Shown here: in pieces, positions 60,168-64,000 of the stretch
How positions within the stretch are numbered: the stretch's first letter is position 1
Layout: every line of letters begins with the position of its first letter
IMG/VR virus record: IMGVR_UViG_3300014808_000001
Coordinates: 83,720 to 147,719 of that record
Direction: 5' to 3' (one strand)
Length of the DNA: 64,000 nucleotides
Origin: a virus
Made by a program: the position numbers and the translations under genes
Notes under the pieces: generated by a model
Seen by the model: only the letters and a program-made list of their open reading frames with translations
Told to the model about the DNA's origin: nothing
The model's database searches: none

Positions 60168-60669
60168 ATTCCACTATATTTATGTTATCGAATTTTTCTT
60201 TTATAACATCCAAGGCACCACACTCGTTTGTTACCATAACATACTTTCCTGGCTTCATTCTCCACAGATTGAAATACCTTGTCACATTTATAATGTTATT
60301 AAATAATGATATTTCGTATCTTGTGTTCCCATTTTCATCATGTCCCGCTTTTTTAAAATAACATAGGGTCGGCTTGTATTTGAAATAATTAAAAAGCCTG
60401 TACCATCCCTTCCCGTTACATGTTTCACGATTCCATATTCCAGTAAGCTTCCTATATCCCCTTACCGGTATTTTCTCTATTTTTTTTGGTACGATCTTGA
60501 CATACTCTCCTTCTCCGATTGGTATAGTCATATTACCTGTCTCTTCCGTGCAAAAGTATTCTATTTCAGATGCCATGTCTTTATATACATAGAACCAGTA
60601 TAGGTTCCCGTCAGGGTCTACCCGATCCATGTAATATAATATCACTTTGTCTACTTTTATCTTTTTCAT
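60154..60669 (-). CDS. hypothetical protein (171 aa)
   Basis: ORF. Confidence 0.4.
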   Translation of the reverse strand: MKKIKVDKVILYYMDRVDPDGNLYWFYVYKDMASEIEYFCTEETGNMTIPIGEGEYVKIVPKKIEKIPVRGYRKLTGIWNRETCNGKGWYRLFNYFKYKPTLCYFKKAGHDENGNTRYEISLFNNIINVTRYFNLWRMKPGKYVMVTNECGALDVIKEKFDNINIVEYGSE

Positions 60670-60995
60670 TCCTTTATTCTCCTTATCTTTAAATTGTCAT
60701 TCTTACAGTATTTCTTCAGCCAATCATCCGTTAGATAACGATTAACTCTATCGTATTTCTTTTTCGGACCCTTGCTCCAGAATTTCCATTCGTTTGTGAT
60801 ATTGTACCCATATTTATCAAACCAATGGATATAATACACTACGTTACCGTACAAATCCACTCTTTTTCTTTCCTGTATGACTACCTCGTAAGGCATCTTC
60901 TTGTCTCTTTTCTCCATATTTGTCCTCTTTTCTTGAATAAAAAAAACGGCACCTATCTTCGCAGACCAGTGCCGGTAACTAACTTACATGGAAAA

Positions 60996-61406
60996 CTATT
61001 TTACTTCAACTAATTCTACAGAGCTGTAGAATTTAGTGAAGCTACCAACAAATTCTCTTATATTTTTATATTCTTCTGGTCGTTTTCTGTTACCGTCTTT
61101 TATGTAATTCACCCACAGTCTATCCTCTATGTTCTTAATCGCATTTTCTATCGTAAATTCGTCGCTGACACACATTAAGCACGAAGATCCGGTTTTCTTA
61201 TGTGGTTTGTACATTCTTGAAAAAGACCATATTTTTATCCTGTCGTATATATATCCGTTGTTAGGATAAACGAATCCTATTCGACTGTCACCTTCTTTGG
61301 CGTAAAACACACCTGGCTCCTTCCCGCCCTTTCTATATACTACAAATCCTTTTTCTTTTAGGATCTTAACCACTTTGTCTAATTTATTTTCCACGTTCAT
61401 TTTCAT
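60996..61406 (-). CDS. hypothetical protein (136 aa)
   Basis: ORF. Confidence 0.4.
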   Translation of the reverse strand: MKMNVENKLDKVVKILKEKGFVVYRKGGKEPGVFYAKEGDSRIGFVYPNNGYIYDRIKIWSFSRMYKPHKKTGSSCLMCVSDEFTIENAIKNIEDRLWVNYIKDGNRKRPEEYKNIREFVGSFTKFYSSVELVEVK

Positions 61407-61857
61407 GCAAGTATTTAAAAACGACTCTCATTATAGTTGCGAAGTTCTCCGCCTTAACCCACTCATGAGCTACTGCTCTAAGTACAGATGTTTCATATGT
61501 TGGAACATTGTCTTCTTCAATCATCTTACAAGAGGCCAGAACTCCTTCGGTCGGCTTTAGTCCGCGGTCATGCAGCTCGCAGAGACCGTCTGGCCGGCGG
61601 AACACGCACCACCCGTCTTTCTCTGTTGGCTGGATCATCGCTATTGGTTTTTCTTTCACTGCAAGATACCCCACCATCCACATTGTCTCTTTTAGCCTGT
61701 CAGCATATCCGGCATCTATGATGGCTTCTATGTCTTTTGGCGTACCAATACAAGAAACTTTACACATGTTCTTGCATTTATCACATGTACAAGGCTGCTC
61801 CCATCTATTATGATCTATGCCAACCAACTTCTTTATCCGTTCTACTTCCTTTTTCAT
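61384..61857 (-). CDS. hypothetical Cys-rich protein (157 aa)
   Basis: CTCDKCKNMCKVSC cluster; locally GC-rich. Confidence 0.4.
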   Translation of the reverse strand: MKKEVERIKKLVGIDHNRWEQPCTCDKCKNMCKVSCIGTPKDIEAIIDAGYADRLKETMWMVGYLAVKEKPIAMIQPTEKDGWCVFRRPDGLCELHDRGLKPTEGVLASCKMIEEDNVPTYETSVLRAVAHEWVKAENFATIMRVVFKYLHENERGK

Positions 61858-62139
61858 ATTATACTGTCTCTGTTAGTTTTTCGTAATACAATTTCATTTC
61901 CGGTGAAGCGTATTCCATGAATGCTTCGAATAAGTGGGGTACCTCTATTATCATATTCACATTACAACCTTCTACCTGTGAAAGATATTCAAGATCATTA
62001 CTGTATGAACACGTTACATGAGCTCCTACATTAAACACATGTAAATCTAATCTCGCATATTCCATACATAAATCTAACGCTTTAAACAAGCTCTCTACCT
62101 CAATCTCCTGAAATAGGTCTATAAACATCCTTAAATCCA

Positions 62140-62523
62140 TTATTTCACCACCCTTTCCACGTGTTTAATTAATACTACCGCCATTCCCTTACCGGTTTTT
62201 ATCGCACATTCTGACCCTTTTATCCATTCTACACACCCTACATACTTTTCCGTAGCATGAAATCCGGGATTGTATTTTCCAGATGTACTAAACTCTACCG
62301 TATCCCCTACCTTTAGATCATCAAAAGCGATAGACCATGTGGTCCAAATTCTGTCATGTCTCCCAGGCTGAATGGCTCCGATTACGCCCTTCTTACGACC
62401 GTTTTTTATTGCCCTTAGTATTATCTTTCTGTCACCTTCGATAAGGCTGCAAAAGCGCCCGTAAAAGGTCAAATCAACCTGTTTTCCTCCTATTTCTTCT
62501 CTTATTTTTGTTATTCTGTTCAT
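62140..62523 (-). CDS. hypothetical protein (127 aa)
   Basis: ORF. Confidence 0.4.
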   Translation of the reverse strand: MNRITKIREEIGGKQVDLTFYGRFCSLIEGDRKIILRAIKNGRKKGVIGAIQPGRHDRIWTTWSIAFDDLKVGDTVEFSTSGKYNPGFHATEKYVGCVEWIKGSECAIKTGKGMAVVLIKHVERVVK

Positions 62524-63059
62524 TTTCTGATTTTGTTTTATTTTTTTTTTTGTTTTTTCTATCTTCTATAGAAGATGATAATAACATTATCTTTTCTATG
62601 TTACTTTTTGACTGTAAAAAAGAATCGCATTTCATTACTACTACCACCTTCTTAAGCTCCCCATTATCGTATAGCGATACACGCATCATGTTTTGCGCCT
62701 CGTCCACTATCAGACCTGGAGTAGTCTTAACCATTTTACGTAGCTTATTATACTCCGGTCTTTCCATTTCCTCTGTTTATTACTCTATAGTATTTATCTT
62801 TATCTCCCTCTTCCAACTTCTCCAGATAGAAAATTCCATCATGTAAATGAGACAAACAAAACCTGTATCCATATTTCTGCACTCTTCTTACATGATCCCG
62901 CAGTCTTATTTCTTCACTTTTGTCTTGTACTTTGATCTTAATACTGTCTCCTTCTTTGATTGTGTATAAAATAGTTTGAATCTCTTCTTTTTTCATCTTA
63001 TAAAATATTTTAACGGCAGCACCTATACTCACGCACCACTACTGCCTTATGTTTAACAA

Positions 63060-63869
63060 TTAAATACTTAACTCTTCAATGGTCAAGCCTTTTTCTTTTG
63101 CCCACTTTAGCATCGCGCATAATTCTGTTTCTGACTTATATTTCGGATCACGCCACGCCCATCCGAATTTATCCAGGACATGATGATATAATTCGTCGGC
63201 CTTTGCCGTGTAAATGTCTTTGAATAAATGCTCCGAACCTTCTGGTATAAGCATCTCTGTTGTTGCAAAATCAGAATACGACAAACATCCGTAAGCATAT
63301 TCTGTTATTTCACTCCACGCTTCTCCGGCTTTAAATCCAAATTCTTTTACAAAAGCCAAAGTTAGATACATATTTAATAATATTGTTACATCATATCCGG
63401 AATCTGACTTTCTTTCTATTATTTCCTTTTCAAATTCATTTAAATCTTCAGGCCCTAAAAAGATGTATCCTGATACCGATCGGTAATTAGCCTCCGCATA
63501 CTTCCTGCATTTATCATCATTGACAATCTTACCAATGTTAGATAACATCTTTTGCCTCCATTCATCACAAAACTCTACCTCTACATTCATCCAATCAGTA
63601 CCATAATTGTATTCTTTTGGATATCCGACCGATATTACCTTTATGTTATTCACACCATATTCATAAAGGCGTTCGCCCACCTTATTCGCCCATTCCTGTA
63701 CAAAAGGAATAAACTTATTGTAATAAGAATCAAAATCAAAATCCGATTCTTCTTCATATTCCGGCATCTCATCATATTCCTGTGAAAAGAAATGACGCGG
63801 GTCTGCTACTGTTTCATAAAAACTTACGTTAATGAAACAAAATTCGTTGGTTGTTGTTTTTAATATCAT
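63060..63869 (-). CDS. hypothetical acidic protein (269 aa)
   Basis: ORF. Confidence 0.45.
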   Translation of the reverse strand: MILKTTTNEFCFINVSFYETVADPRHFFSQEYDEMPEYEEESDFDFDSYYNKFIPFVQEWANKVGERLYEYGVNNIKVISVGYPKEYNYGTDWMNVEVEFCDEWRQKMLSNIGKIVNDDKCRKYAEANYRSVSGYIFLGPEDLNEFEKEIIERKSDSGYDVTILLNMYLTLAFVKEFGFKAGEAWSEITEYAYGCLSYSDFATTEMLIPEGSEHLFKDIYTAKADELYHHVLDKFGWAWRDPKYKSETELCAMLKWAKEKGLTIEELSI

Positions 63870-64000
63870 AATTTTTTGTATTTACGTACATTTTTCTTGC
63901 CATAGAATCTACACATGGCACGAATCTGACTATAAAATACTTTTGTCCTCCTGGCCTCAAAGTATTTAAACATTTCTTCATTCTTTGTTTCCCACACGTA

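Noticed and set aside
1-64000. Integrase / attachment site, reverse transcriptase (DGR or retron), rRNA
   Set aside because: No tyrosine or serine recombinase, YxDD RT motif or rRNA-like sequence recognised in any frame.

Overview
This is a dense, AT-rich (about 35-38% GC) stretch of what looks like a tailed-phage genome (or prophage). It has two convergent blocks. Positions 1-22662 are a plus-strand block of large, probably virion or late proteins, including a 2140-aa giant ORF, plus small genes, each followed by a clean hairpin plus T-run terminator. Positions 22752-64000 are a minus-strand block of many small, tightly packed early and replication genes. Because most genes lack Shine-Dalgarno sites, a Bacteroidota-type host is suggested, but this is inference only. 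Two RNA-guided (OMEGA) nuclease genes are embedded. The first is a 406-aa IscB (11743-12963) whose PLMP, RuvC-I, RuvC-II, HNH and RuvC-III motifs look intact, preceded by a 240-nt structured non-coding candidate omega-RNA. The second is a TnpB-like gene (35186-36376, minus) that keeps RuvC-I and RuvC-III but appears to have lost the RuvC-II glutamate and the C-terminal zinc finger, so it may be nuclease-dead and TldR-like. Other notable cargo: a phage-encoded flotillin/SPFH protein, NfeD-like membrane protein and acyl carrier protein operon; a minimal CCA/polyA-polymerase head-domain nucleotidyltransferase next to a phage Dam-family N6-adenine methyltransferase; and a standalone ABC-type ATPase with an unknown partner. 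There is also an AntA plus T5orf172 (GIY-YIG-like) gene of very low GC following a 700-bp non-coding gap, a tandem paralog pair with one copy split at a T5 homopolymer, an unusual Gly/Cys/Gln-rich membrane protein, and an RGG/ERERR low-complexity protein. No rRNA, tRNA, CRISPR array, integrase or reverse transcriptase could be supported.
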